From positions 922 through 64,921 of the forward strand of contig CAWBBG010000006.1 in assembly GCA_963787025.1 (NCBI GenBank): a stretch of 64,000 bases of DNA. The letters run 5' to 3'. Source of the stretch: an uncultured Chloroflexia bacterium. Its GTDB lineage: Bacteria > Chloroflexota > Limnocylindria > QHBO01. A model generated the notes under the pieces. It saw nothing but the letters and a program-made list of their open reading frames with translations. It was not told the DNA's origin and searched no databases. The position numbers and the translations under genes were made by a program. Positions 17,351 to 26,938 of this stretch are shown in pieces; the stretch's first letter is position 1, and the number at the start of each line of letters is the position of its first letter.

Positions 17351-19051
17351 TCAGCCGGCCGCGGTGCGTGCAGCCACCTCGGCCTCCACCCAGCCGGGAA
17401 TCTCGCGGCGCAGGGTCTCCAGCGGCAGCGAGCCGTGGGCCAGGACCTGGTCGTGGAAGGCCCGCACGTCGAAGCGCTCCCCCATCCGCCCCGACACCTC
17501 GTCGCGGGCGCGATCGATCTCGCGCTGGCCCATCTTGTATGCCAGGGCCTGCCCGGGCCAGATCGTGTAGCGGTCGACCTCGATCTCGGCGTCGACCATG
17601 GGCAGCGTCCCGCGCTCGTGCATGAATCGGATCGCGCGGTCGCGGTCCCAGCCCATGGCATGGAGCCCGGAGTCCACCACGAGGCGGGACGCGCGGAAGG
17701 CCTGCGTCTCGAGCATTCCGACCCGCTCCTGCTCGTTGGCGTAGAGACCCATCTCGTCGGCGAGACGCTCTGCGTAGAGACCCCAGCCCTCCGCGTAGGC
17801 CACGCCGGCCATCCGCGAGCCGAAGCGACGGAAGACGTTGAGATGGTCGAGTTCCATCTCGATGCCGATCTGGAAGTGGTGGCCCGGAGTGGCCTCGTGG
17901 AAGGTGATGGCCGCGATCCTGTGCAGCAGCCGGTCCTGGGGCTGGTAGGTGTTGAGGTAGTACTGCCCCTGGCGAGAGCCGTCGATGGTGGGCGGCATGT
18001 AGAACGCCGGGGGCGACTCCCGCTCGCGGTACTCCTCGACCGCCATCACCGTGCAGTCGGCCATCGGCAGCCGGCCGAAATAGCGCGGGGCGGCCGCGTA
18101 GGCGCGCTGGGTCTGCTCACGCGCCATACGGATGATCACGTCCGGGTCCTGGGTCCGGTTCGCGGGGTCGTCGGCGAGCGCTGCGTCGAGCGCGAAGCGA
18201 TCCGCGTGCCCCAGGCGCCGGGCGATCGCGTCCTTCTCCGCTTCGATCCGCTCGAGGTCGGACAGCCCGAACTCGTGGACCTCCTCCGCGGTGGCCGCCA
18301 CGCTGGTCTGGGTCCGGATTGCGAGCCGATAGGCCGCCTCGCCGTCCGGCGTGCCCGAGATGCCGGGCATCGGTCGCGCATGGCGTTCGTACTCGTCGGC
18401 GAGGAAGGCGCGGTAGGCTTCAATCGCGGGGATCACGGCCTCTTCGGTTGCCCGTTGCACCTGCTCGCGGGCCGCATCGTCCGCCACCCGGGCAATGCGA
18501 ATCACGGGCGACTGGTCGACCGGGACGGCGAGGACGCGGTCCATCTGCTCGATGGCGCGACGGACGGGCACCGCCGCCGTGGTCCGGCCGTCGGCGATCC
18601 CCTCGCGCAGCCGCTCGATCTGCTGCTCGATCAGGACGGGATAGGCCCGGAACCGCACCAGCAGCTTCTCGAGACGCTCCGGGGTCGAGGCGTCCTGGTA
18701 CTGGGCCACGGTCACCGGCAGGGTCTGCACGCCCCAGATGTGGTCGATCGCGAGCTGGTATTGCTTCGCCTCGAGGAGCTCGAGCACGTTGTGCGCGACG
18801 AGCATCACGATATCGCGGGTGATTCGCTGCTCCACGTCGAGCGCCGCAGGATCGATGGCCTCCGCCTCCGTGATGACGGTGCGCGACAGGGCCGCCTCGG
18901 CCGCGAGCCCGGCCGGGCTCAGGTCGGGAAGGCGGTCGTCGTATCGGTCATCGCCCAGGATCGTGGCCTGCAGCGGGTCGAGCTCCAGGACCCCCTCCCA
19001 GAAGCGCGTGGCGAGCTCGTTGACGGCACGATTCGGATCAGTAGCGGACAA
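17351..19051 (-). CDS. DUF885 family protein (metallopeptidase-like)
   Basis: ORF 17351..19051 (566 aa). Characteristic HEATPGHHFQ motif and a length typical of DUF885. Confidence 0.8.
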   Translation of the reverse strand: MSATDPNRAVNELATRFWEGVLELDPLQATILGDDRYDDRLPDLSPAGLAAEAALSRTVITEAEAIDPAALDVEQRITRDIVMLVAHNVLELLEAKQYQLAIDHIWGVQTLPVTVAQYQDASTPERLEKLLVRFRAYPVLIEQQIERLREGIADGRTTAAVPVRRAIEQMDRVLAVPVDQSPVIRIARVADDAAREQVQRATEEAVIPAIEAYRAFLADEYERHARPMPGISGTPDGEAAYRLAIRTQTSVAATAEEVHEFGLSDLERIEAEKDAIARRLGHADRFALDAALADDPANRTQDPDVIIRMAREQTQRAYAAAPRYFGRLPMADCTVMAVEEYRERESPPAFYMPPTIDGSRQGQYYLNTYQPQDRLLHRIAAITFHEATPGHHFQIGIEMELDHLNVFRRFGSRMAGVAYAEGWGLYAERLADEMGLYANEQERVGMLETQAFRASRLVVDSGLHAMGWDRDRAIRFMHERGTLPMVDAEIEVDRYTIWPGQALAYKMGQREIDRARDEVSGRMGERFDVRAFHDQVLAHGSLPLETLRREIPGWVEAEVAARTAAG

Positions 19052-19137
19052 GGGCAGGACCTCGATGCTGGAGCTGAGCGGTGCGGGCTGGGCCGCGGGG
19101 AGTGTAGCGCGCCCGGCGCATGGGGACGCGACCCGCG

Positions 19138-20237
19138 CTAGCGCGATCGGCCACCGAAGAGGTCGGCGAGCAGCGCCGGCGGCGTCTCCTCGAGCTGGTC
19201 GTAGCGGCAGTCGGATGGCGGCTTGTCGGGGCGCCAGCGCCGGAAGGTCGCCGCGTGGCGGAAGCGGTCACCCTGGAGGTGATCGAAGGCGACCTCGGCC
19301 ACGAGCTCCGGGCGAAGCGGCTCCCACGAGAGATCCTTGCCGCGGTTCCAGCGGCTGGTGGCGCCCGGGAGTCGCCGGCCCTCCGCCGATGCCTGCTCCT
19401 CCCATTCGCGCCATTCGCGCCACGGGTGACCGTCCAGGGCATGCGCTCGGTATGGCGCCAGGAACTCGACCAGCTCGGCGCGCTTCGCGTTCGTGAACGA
19501 CGAGGTGACGCCCACGTGCTGCAGCTGGCCATCCGCGTTCCACAGTCCCAGCAGCAGCGAGCCGATCAGCGTGCCCGGCCCGTTCTTGTGCCAGCGGAAG
19601 CCGGCCACCACGCAGTCCGCGGTCCGCTGGTGCTTGATCTTCGCCATCTCTCGCTTCCCGGCGGCGTACGGCCGGTCCGCGCGCTTGGCGACCACCCCGT
19701 CCAGGCCCGCGCCCTCGAAGACCTCGAACCAGGTCTGCGCCGTGGCCGGGTCGTCCGTCGACGGCGTCAGCAGGACCGATGGCGGCGGGTCCGCGAGCAG
19801 GGCCAGCAGGTGACGACGGCGCTCGGCGAACGGCGCGCCGCGCAGGTCGGCGTCGCCATCGGCCAGGCAGTCGAAGGCGACGAAGGTGGCCGGCGTCTCC
19901 GCGGCCAGCATGGCCACCCGCGAGGCGGCGGGGTGGATGCGCAGCAGGAGCGCGTCGAAGTCCAGGGCACCGTCGCGGGCGATCACGATCTCTCCGTCCA
20001 GGACCCAGCGCGCGTCCCGGGCCGCCCAGCGCGCGCAGCGGCGCCTCCAGCTCAGGGAAGTAGCGGTTGAGCGGCTTGAGGTCGCGCGACTGGATGAACA
20101 GCTCGCCGCCGTCCCGAAAGACGATGGATCGGAAGCCGTCCCACTTCGGCTCGTAGATCCAGCCCGTCGCCGTCGGGGATGGCCGGCATGGGCTTCGCGA
20201 GCATCGGCGCGACCGGGGGTTCCAGCGGATACGGCAT
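19138..20237 (-). pseudogene. ligC: ATP-dependent DNA ligase, LigC-like (ligase-only), reading frame broken twice
   Basis: N-terminus MPYPLEPPVAPMLAKPMPAIPDGDG is in the frame of ORF 20052..20411 (ATG at 20237). From ~20162 the third frame carries WIYEPKWDGFRSIVFRDGGELFIQSRDLKPLNRYFPELEAPLRA (adenylation motif KxDG). From ~20015 the frame of ORF 19138..20745 carries RWVLDGEIVI...GLDGVVAKRADRPYAAGKREMAKIKH...RFRHAATFRRWRPDK. Confidence 0.85.
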
Positions 20238-20243
20238 GTGCGG

Positions 20244-20270
20244 ATGATACGGACCCGACGGACGCATACT
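20244..20270. promoter_or_regulatory. back-to-back -10-like hexamers for ligC (minus) and the MBL nuclease (plus); both genes look leaderless
   Basis: On the minus strand, TATCAT (plus-strand atgata 20244-20249) ends 6 nt before the ligC ATG at 20237. On the plus strand, CATACT (20265-20270) ends 7 nt before the MBL ATG at 20278. No Shine-Dalgarno fits in the 40-bp spacer. Confidence 0.4.
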
Positions 20271-20277
20271 GCGCACC

Positions 20278-21798
20278 ATGAGTATTGCGATCCAGTTCCT
20301 GGGCGCGGTCGGAACGGTCACCGGCAGCCAGTACCTCGTCACCTGCGGCGACGCGCGCATCCTGGTCGACTGCGGCATGTTCCAGGGTTCCCCGGAGGAG
20401 GTGAGCCGCAACCGGATGCCCTTCGCCTACGACGCGGGGACCGTGGATGCGCTGCTGCTGACCCACGCGCACCTGGACCACTGCGGCCGCATCCCGGCGC
20501 TGGTCAAGGCAGGGTTCCGCGGGCCCATCCACGCCACCGGCGGCGACCCTGGACCTGGCGGAGATCGTGCTGCGCGATTCGGCCAAGCTCCAGGAGGAGG
20601 CGGAGCAGCGCTGGCTGCGACGGCACCCGGAGGCCGCGACGCCCGCCGGGGATGCGGCGTCCGAGCCCGAGCCCGACGAGGGCGATCTGCCGAAGCGCAT
20701 CCGCGAGGCGCACCCGGAGGCCCACACCACGACCCGGGCCGCCATCTACCGCATCGCCGACGTGGAGCAGACCATCCCGCTCTTCGCCCCGGTCCCCTAC
20801 GAGACCGAGCTTCGACGGTGGTGCCCGGGATCACTGCCGTCTTCCACGACGCGGGGCACATCCTCGGCTCCGCGATCATCGAGCTGCGCCTGACCGACGG
20901 CGACGCCACCACCACCGTCGTCTTCTCCGGCGACCTCGGCCGCCGCGACACCCCGATCCTGCGCGATCCGACACCGGTCAGCCACGCGGACTACGTCCTG
21001 GTGGAATCGACCTACGGCAACCGCGAGCACGCGCCCATGGAGCAGTCGGTCAACCAGCTGGCCGATGCGGTCAACGAGGTGGCCGGGGACCGGGGCGTGC
21101 TCCTCATCCCCTCGTTCGCCATCGGCCGCACCCAGGAGCTCGTGTGGGAGCTGGACCAGCTGCTGCGCGACGGGCGGATCCCGCACGTTCCCCTGTACCT
21201 GGACTCTCCCATGGCCAGCCGCGCCAGCGACGTCTACGACCGCCATCCCGAGACGTACGACGCCGAGACGGCCGCCCTCCTTCGCACGGGCGATTCCCCG
21301 CTCGAGTATCCGGGCGAGGAGTTCACCAACGAGGTCGACGCATCGAAGGCGATCCGCACCAAGCCACGGCCGATCATGGTCGTCGCGTCCTCGGGGATGC
21401 TGACCGGTGGTCGGATCCTGCACCACCTCAAGGACTTTCTCCCCGACCCGGGCTGCACCCTGCTGTTCATCGGCTACCAGGGCCAGGGCACGCTGGGGTA
21501 TGCCATCCAGCACGGCGCCAAGGAGGCGCACATCGACGGCAAGAAGTTCCCGATCCGCTGCCGGGTGCGTTCGATCTCCGGCTTCTCCGCCCATGCCGAC
21601 GAGCACGAGCTGGAGGATTGGGTCCGCGGATTCGCCGCGACCGGCGGCACGACCGGGTCCGACGGCGCGCCCAAGCGGTTCTTTGTGGTCCACGGTGATC
21701 CGGACGCGGCGCAGGCCTTCGCCGACCGGATCCATGCCGACCTCGGTTTCGACGTGCACCTGCCCGCCTACCGCGAGACGGTCGTTCTGCGCCCCTGA
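20278..21798 (+). pseudogene. MBL-fold beta-CASP nuclease (RNase J/CPSF-like), internal segment out of frame (+1 then -1)
   Basis: ORF 20278..21798 stays open (506 aa). Between ~20541 and ~20812 the conserved sequence (ATLDLAEIVLRDSAKLQEEAE...IYRIADVEQTIPLFAPVPYETEL) lies in the frame of ORF 20567..20893. The flanks carry LLLTHAHLDHCGRIP, FHDAGHILGSA and SGFSAHADEHEL. Confidence 0.85.
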
Positions 21799-21842
21799 GG
21801 AGCGTCCGCGGCCCGGGCCGGCGCGTCGGGCGCGGCGGTGCG

Positions 21843-21893
21843 TGTGGACAACACGTGGATAACAGCCTGACAATCGCTGAAGTTGGTGGACAA
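21843..21893. promoter_or_regulatory. cluster of three DnaA-box-like 9-mers in one orientation
   Basis: TGTGGACAA (21843-21851) is the exact complement of the high-GC Gram-positive box TTGTCCACA. CGTGGATAA (21854-21862) has one mismatch to the E. coli box. GGTGGACAA (21885-21893) has one mismatch. All lie in a 287-bp convergent spacer of visibly lower GC. Confidence 0.4.
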
Positions 21894-21913
21894 CTACCCT
21901 TGGCAAGACGGGT

Positions 21914-21945
21914 CTCCGGGCCGTATCGTTAACGGCGTCCCGGAG
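21914..21945. other. stable GC-rich stem-loop in the MBL/lhr convergent spacer
   Basis: ctccggg(21914-21920)/cccggag(21939-21945) outer stem, ccgt/acgg inner stem, 7-nt loop atcgtta. There is no U-tract. It could be a bidirectional terminator or part of an sRNA. Confidence 0.35.
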
Positions 21946-22085
21946 GAGCCGGGTCGCGGCCCTGGAGATTGCATCAAGGGGCTGTGGCAGGGTTCCTTCG
22001 GGACATTTGCGTGCCCGCCGTCAGCCGCGTCGGTCATCGTGACAGCGGTTCACGAACGATCCGCCGGTGCCCTGACGGGGCCCGC

Positions 22086-25000
22086 TCAGCTTCGGCGCAG
22101 CAGGTAGCCCCGGTACGAGGGGCGGAAGCCTATCTCCCGCAGAGGCTCCGCCAGCGGTGATGCGGCCACCGGCTCGCGGTCGATGCGCTCGATGACAAGC
22201 TCCCGGAATGGACCGATGGGAGCCACGAGCTGCTGCAGCGCGCCGAGGGCGAGCGCCGCGCTCGCCGGGTCGTTCGCGGCCGGGAAGGTGACCAGCGAAC
22301 GGCCACCGCGCTCCAGGTAGAGGACCGCCGCGCCGTCCACCAGCACGACGTACGCCCCCGCCGCGCGCTGCAGCGAAACACGGTCATCGCGCTCGCGCCG
22401 GGGCCAGGCCAGGGCGGCGCCGTACGGCTGCGCGGGGTCGGCAGCGGCAAGGTAGAGGACACGCGGCACTTCGGGTGCGTCACGCTCCGCTCGCAGGCGG
22501 TCGACCGCGCCCGGGAGTGCGAACTGGGCGGCCCCAAGGCCGGCGACGAAGTAGCCGCGCCGCGCACGCCCCGCTTCCTCCATGGCCTTCAGGATGGTGT
22601 ACACCGCCGAGAAGCCGCCCGGGAGACCCTCGGCCATGACCGCCTCGCGGGTCACGACCCCGTGCCGCTCGAGCAGCGCCACGGCGCTCGCGTGTCCGCG
22701 CTCGGTGGGCGTCCGCACCTCCCCGACCAGCTCCGCCACGGAAGACCAGCGCCCGGCGCCGCGCGGAGGGCCCATGGAGAGCAGCCGACCCGGCCGGGGC
22801 GATCGGGTCCCGGACGCCCGGGACCGGGAACGCGGAAGCGAGAGGGCGCGCAAGGGACCGAAGGTGTCGTTGGTCACCTCGCCCGCCCAGACGAGATCCC
22901 AGAGGGCATCGAGCGCATCCTCGTCGCTGCGCGCCGCATCGGCGACGGCGGTGCGAAGCTCCCGGAAGAACGAAGCCCCGCGACGGGAGAGGTGGTCGCG
23001 AATACGGTCGCGCAGCTCGCCGCTCGGTCGGTCGCCATCGGCTCCCGGACCGGTGCTCGCGAGCAGTGCGACACGGTCCCGCCGGAAGAGCGCGATCCGC
23101 CCGTCGTCGCGACCCAGCGACCCGCGGCCCACCCACACGACCTCGCCCGCGGCGCCCAGCTCGTCGAGCAGACGCGGCGTGTAGTCACGGACCCTGGCCC
23201 GCAGCACGTCGCGCTCCAGGATCGACGCAGGGATGGCCACGCCCTCCAGCTGCCCCACCACCTCGAGCAGGCGGTCGATTCCGGCGGCTCGTGACCCGAT
23301 CCCGTGCCAGGCGGGCAGGAACCGGCCCAGTGCCTCGGGCGGCACCGCCTCGACCTCGCGCCGGAGGTGCGCCAGCGTGCGGCGCCGGAGGAGCCTGAGC
23401 ACCTCGGGGTCCGCGAACTCGGCGGATGAGCCGCCTGGCCGGAACGAGCCTTCGGCCAGGCGGTCGATGGCGACCAGGTGTGCCAGGCGGGCAGCCGTCA
23501 GCGATGGGGCAAGTCCCCATCGGGCCGCCGGCTCCGCCGCGGTGAACGGCGCGCGCGTCCGGGCCCAGCGCGCGAGGAGCCCATCGAGCGGCTCGCCGTC
23601 ACCGGGGGCCAGCCAGGCCTCCGCCACGCCCGGCGGCGGGCTCACCCCCAGGGCGTCGCGATAGCGGGCGACGTCCTCGACGGCGATCCAGCGCTCCTCG
23701 CCGGCGACGCGGACCGACACGGCCCGCCGGTCAGCCTGGAGCGACGCCAGCGCCGCGGCGGCCACGACGTCGCCCGTGACGCGCGCGGAGACCTCGTCCG
23801 TCGACAGATCGCCCACCCGTCGAAGCAGGTCGTGGACGCCGTCGACGGTGTGCGGCCGGCGTCCGCCGGCCAGCGCCTGGAGCTCCAGCTCCACCTCCGC
23901 GACGGCGGCCGGATCCAGGAGCTCGCGCAGCTCATCGGCGCCCAGCAGCTCTGCGAGGAGCTCGCGGTCCAGCGCCAGGGCCTGGGCGCGGCGCTCCGCG
24001 AGCGGCGCGTCGCCCTCGTACATGTAGGAGCCCACGTAGTCGAACAGCAGGGAGGCGGCGAATGGCGATGCGCGCGGTGTCTCCACGCTCACCACGCGCA
24101 CCTGCCGTGATCGGATTCCGGCCAGCACCTCGCGCAGCGCCGGCATGTCGAAGACGTCGCGCAGGCACTCGCGGTAGGTCTCGAGGATGATGGGGAAGCT
24201 GCCGTACTGACCGGCAACCGCCAGCAGGTCGGCTGACCGCCGGCGCTGCATCCACAAGGGGGTCCGCTGGCCCGGCCGGCGGCGCGGCAGAAGCAGGGCC
24301 CGTGCAGCATTCTCCCGGAAGCGCGCGGCGAACAGGGCAGTGCCGCCCAGGGCACCCATCAGCAGCTCTTCCGCCTCGTCCGGCTCGAGGATCAGCTCCG
24401 ACTCGGGCGGTGCGTCATCGGCTTCGGGCAGGCGCACCACGATCCCGTCGTCGGACCAGAGCACCTGGACGTCCACGGTGTAGCGCTCCCGCAGGCGCGC
24501 CTCGACGGCCATGGCCCACGGCGCATGGACCCGCCCGCCGAACGGCGTGAGCAGGCAGACCCGCCAGTCACCCAGCTCGTCGCGGAAGCGCTCGATCACG
24601 ATGGTCCGGTCCGTGGGCAGGACACCGGTCGCCTCCCGCTGGTCGGCGAGGTATGCGACCAGGTTGCGGGCGGCGAGCTCGTCGAGCGCATGGTCGCGCC
24701 GCAGGCGGTCGGTCGCGGCATCGGCCGCCATCGGCTCCAGCTCACGCAGGAACGAACCGATCGCCCGCCCCAGCTCGATGGGCCGCCCAACGCCGTCCCC
24801 CTTCCAGAACGGCATCTTGCCGGGCTGGCCGGGCGCGGGCGTGACGATGACCCGATCCGGCTTGATCTCCTCGATCCGCCAGGTCGAGGCACCCAGCAGG
24901 AACGTCTCGCCCACCCGGCTCTCGTAGACCATCTCCTCGTCCAGCTCGCCCACCCGCCGTCCGCCGCGTCCTGATCCGTCGTCGGGCAGGAAGACGCCGT

Positions 25001-26615
25001 ACAGGCCCCGGTCCGGGATGGTCCCGCCCGAGGTGACGGCCAGCACCCGCGCGTCATTCCGGCTGGTGATCGCGTCGGTGGTTCGGTCCCAGACGACCCG
25101 TGGCCGCAGCTCGGTGAACTCGTCGGACGGGTAGCGACCGGAGAGCATGTCCAGGACCCCGGTGAGCTGCTCCCGGGAGAGGTCGCGGAAGGCGTCCGCG
25201 CGGGTGACGAGCGCCAGGAGGTCGTCAACCCGCCAGGTGTCCATGGCGCAGGCAGCCACGATCTGCTGGGCCAGGACGTCGAGCGGGGCGCGGGGTGGGC
25301 GCGTCTCCTCGATGTCACCTGCCAGCATCCGCTCGGCGACCACCGCCGCCTCCAGCAGGTCGCCCCGGTACTTCGGGAAGATCACCCCGGTTGATACCTC
25401 GCCGACGCCGTGCCCGGCCCGACCGATGCGCTGCAGACCGGCCGCCACGGATGGGGGCGCCTCGATCTGCACGACGAGGTCGATGGCGCCCATGTCGATC
25501 CCCAGCTCGAGGCTCGAAGTGGCGATCAGCGCCGGGAGGCGTCCATCCTTGAGGGCCTCCTCGATCTCGAGCCGCTGCTCGCGGGCGATGCTGCCGTGGT
25601 GCGCACGGACCAGCTCCTCCCCGGCCAGCTCGTTCAGGCGGCTGGCCAGGCGCTCCGCAAGCCGGCGGGAGTTGACGAAGACGAGCGTGGACCGATGTCG
25701 CCGGATCAGCTGGAGCAGCTGCGGATGGATCGCGGGCCAGATCGAATGGCGTGCCTCCGGCCCGGCAGCGGGACCGGCCGGCTGATCCTCCGGGTCGAGC
25801 AGCTCCCCCAGACGGCTCATGTCCTCGACCGGCACGCTGATGGTGAGCTGCAGCGCCTTGCGCGTCCCCGCGTCGGCGATGGTCACCGCGCGGCCGGGCC
25901 CCGCTCCGCCGAGGTAGGCCGCGATGGCCTCCAGCGGGCGCTGTGTCGCCGACAGGCCGATGCGCTGCGGGGCAGGGTGGCCGGCGCCGGTCACCAGCGC
26001 CTCCAGCCTCTCGAGCGACAGGGCAAGGTGCGTTCCCCGCTTCGTCGCGGCCAGGGCATGCACCTCATCGACGATCACGTGCTCGACCGCAGCGAGCACC
26101 TCCCTGGCCCGACTGGTGAGGAGCAGGTAGAGGCTCTCCGGGGTGGTGACCAGGATCTCCGGTGGATGCTTCGCCAGGGCGCGCCGCGCTTCGGCGGTGG
26201 TGTCACCGGTGCGCGACGCCACGCGGACCTCCGGCAGCGTCACGCCGCTGCGTTCCGCCGCGCGGCGGATCCCGGCCAGCGGGGCGCGCAGGTTGCGCTC
26301 CACGTCGTAGGCCAGCGCCTTCAGAGGGCTGACGTACAGGATCCGCACGCTCCCGGGGTCCCGGCCGGCGCGCTCGCCGCGGCGCGACGGCGCCGGCAGA
26401 CGGGGATCGGTGAAGCATCGGTCCAGGCACCAGAGGAAGGCCGCGAGGGTCTTGCCGCTGCCGGTGGGGGCGTGCAGCAGCGTGTGGGCTCCGCCGCTGA
26501 TCGCCTCCCACCCGATGCGCTGCGCGGTCGTGGCCTGCGCAAACGCCTCGGCGAACCAGGTGCGGGTGGGTTCGCTGAATCGGGCGAGCGGGTCGGCACG
26601 GCTGCGAGGACTCAC
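22086..26615 (-). CDS. lhr: Lhr, large ATP-dependent 3'-5' DNA/RNA helicase (full-length form)
   Basis: ORF 22086..26720 (1544 aa). Walker A HAPTGSGKT, DEVH box (VIVDEVHALAATKRGTHL) and a long C-terminal domain. The preferred start is GTG at 26615 (VSPRSRADPLARFSEPTRTWF), which gives about 1509 aa. It sits 10 nt downstream of a -10 hexamer. Confidence 0.92.
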   Translation of the reverse strand: MSPRSRADPLARFSEPTRTWFAEAFAQATTAQRIGWEAISGGAHTLLHAPTGSGKTLAAFLWCLDRCFTDPRLPAPSRRGERAGRDPGSVRILYVSPLKALAYDVERNLRAPLAGIRRAAERSGVTLPEVRVASRTGDTTAEARRALAKHPPEILVTTPESLYLLLTSRAREVLAAVEHVIVDEVHALAATKRGTHLALSLERLEALVTGAGHPAPQRIGLSATQRPLEAIAAYLGGAGPGRAVTIADAGTRKALQLTISVPVEDMSRLGELLDPEDQPAGPAAGPEARHSIWPAIHPQLLQLIRRHRSTLVFVNSRRLAERLASRLNELAGEELVRAHHGSIAREQRLEIEEALKDGRLPALIATSSLELGIDMGAIDLVVQIEAPPSVAAGLQRIGRAGHGVGEVSTGVIFPKYRGDLLEAAVVAERMLAGDIEETRPPRAPLDVLAQQIVAACAMDTWRVDDLLALVTRADAFRDLSREQLTGVLDMLSGRYPSDEFTELRPRVVWDRTTDAITSRNDARVLAVTSGGTIPDRGLYGVFLPDDGSGRGGRRVGELDEEMVYESRVGETFLLGASTWRIEEIKPDRVIVTPAPGQPGKMPFWKGDGVGRPIELGRAIGSFLRELEPMAADAATDRLRRDHALDELAARNLVAYLADQREATGVLPTDRTIVIERFRDELGDWRVCLLTPFGGRVHAPWAMAVEARLRERYTVDVQVLWSDDGIVVRLPEADDAPPESELILEPDEAEELLMGALGGTALFAARFRENAARALLLPRRRPGQRTPLWMQRRRSADLLAVAGQYGSFPIILETYRECLRDVFDMPALREVLAGIRSRQVRVVSVETPRASPFAASLLFDYVGSYMYEGDAPLAERRAQALALDRELLAELLGADELRELLDPAAVAEVELELQALAGGRRPHTVDGVHDLLRRVGDLSTDEVSARVTGDVVAAAALASLQADRRAVSVRVAGEERWIAVEDVARYRDALGVSPPPGVAEAWLAPGDGEPLDGLLARWARTRAPFTAAEPAARWGLAPSLTAARLAHLVAIDRLAEGSFRPGGSSAEFADPEVLRLLRRRTLAHLRREVEAVPPEALGRFLPAWHGIGSRAAGIDRLLEVVGQLEGVAIPASILERDVLRARVRDYTPRLLDELGAAGEVVWVGRGSLGRDDGRIALFRRDRVALLASTGPGADGDRPSGELRDRIRDHLSRRGASFFRELRTAVADAARSDEDALDALWDLVWAGEVTNDTFGPLRALSLPRSRSRASGTRSPRPGRLLSMGPPRGAGRWSSVAELVGEVRTPTERGHASAVALLERHGVVTREAVMAEGLPGGFSAVYTILKAMEEAGRARRGYFVAGLGAAQFALPGAVDRLRAERDAPEVPRVLYLAAADPAQPYGAALAWPRRERDDRVSLQRAAGAYVVLVDGAAVLYLERGGRSLVTFPAANDPASAALALGALQQLVAPIGPFRELVIERIDREPVAASPLAEPLREIGFRPSYRGYLLRRS

Positions 26616-26625
26616 GATGCCGTCG

Positions 26626-26647
26626 AGTCTACGTCGGGAACCTGACA
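26626..26647 (-). promoter_or_regulatory. RecA-independent (RecA-NDp / PafBC-type) DNA-damage promoter motif upstream of lhr
   Basis: The minus strand reads TGTCAGGT-tcccgacg-TAGACT. This fits the mycobacterial motif tTGTCRgtg-N8-TAnnnT with exact 8-nt spacing. The -10 ends 10 nt before GTG 26615, so the transcript is near-leaderless. Confidence 0.5.
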
Positions 26648-26938
26648 GAACCCGACGTGATGGGTCGGAACGGTGTGCCGGACACACGATGACCCCGGAA
26701 TCCTTTCGGACCGGGGCCATCGGTGGGCGCCTGGGCCGAGCTCCCGGCGCCTCGAGGCCGATGGAAAGCCGCGACTCCTTCCAACGGCGGCATCAAATGG
26801 GTCCGCTCTCGGAGCTGACTCGCTTTCGCCGGCCCCAGTAGGCCACGGCGGGCCGGCGCGTCGAGTGTGCCGAATGGCCCATCCGGCACGGTCGGAAGTC
26901 ACACCGGACCGGGACTTCGCTCGCGGTACCCTACGCGC

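Noticed and set aside
21843-21893. Chromosomal origin of replication
   Set aside because: There are only three boxes, no AT-rich unwinding element, no dnaA/dnaN/rpmH/gyrB context, and the flanking genes are convergent. I kept it only as a DnaA-box cluster of unknown role.
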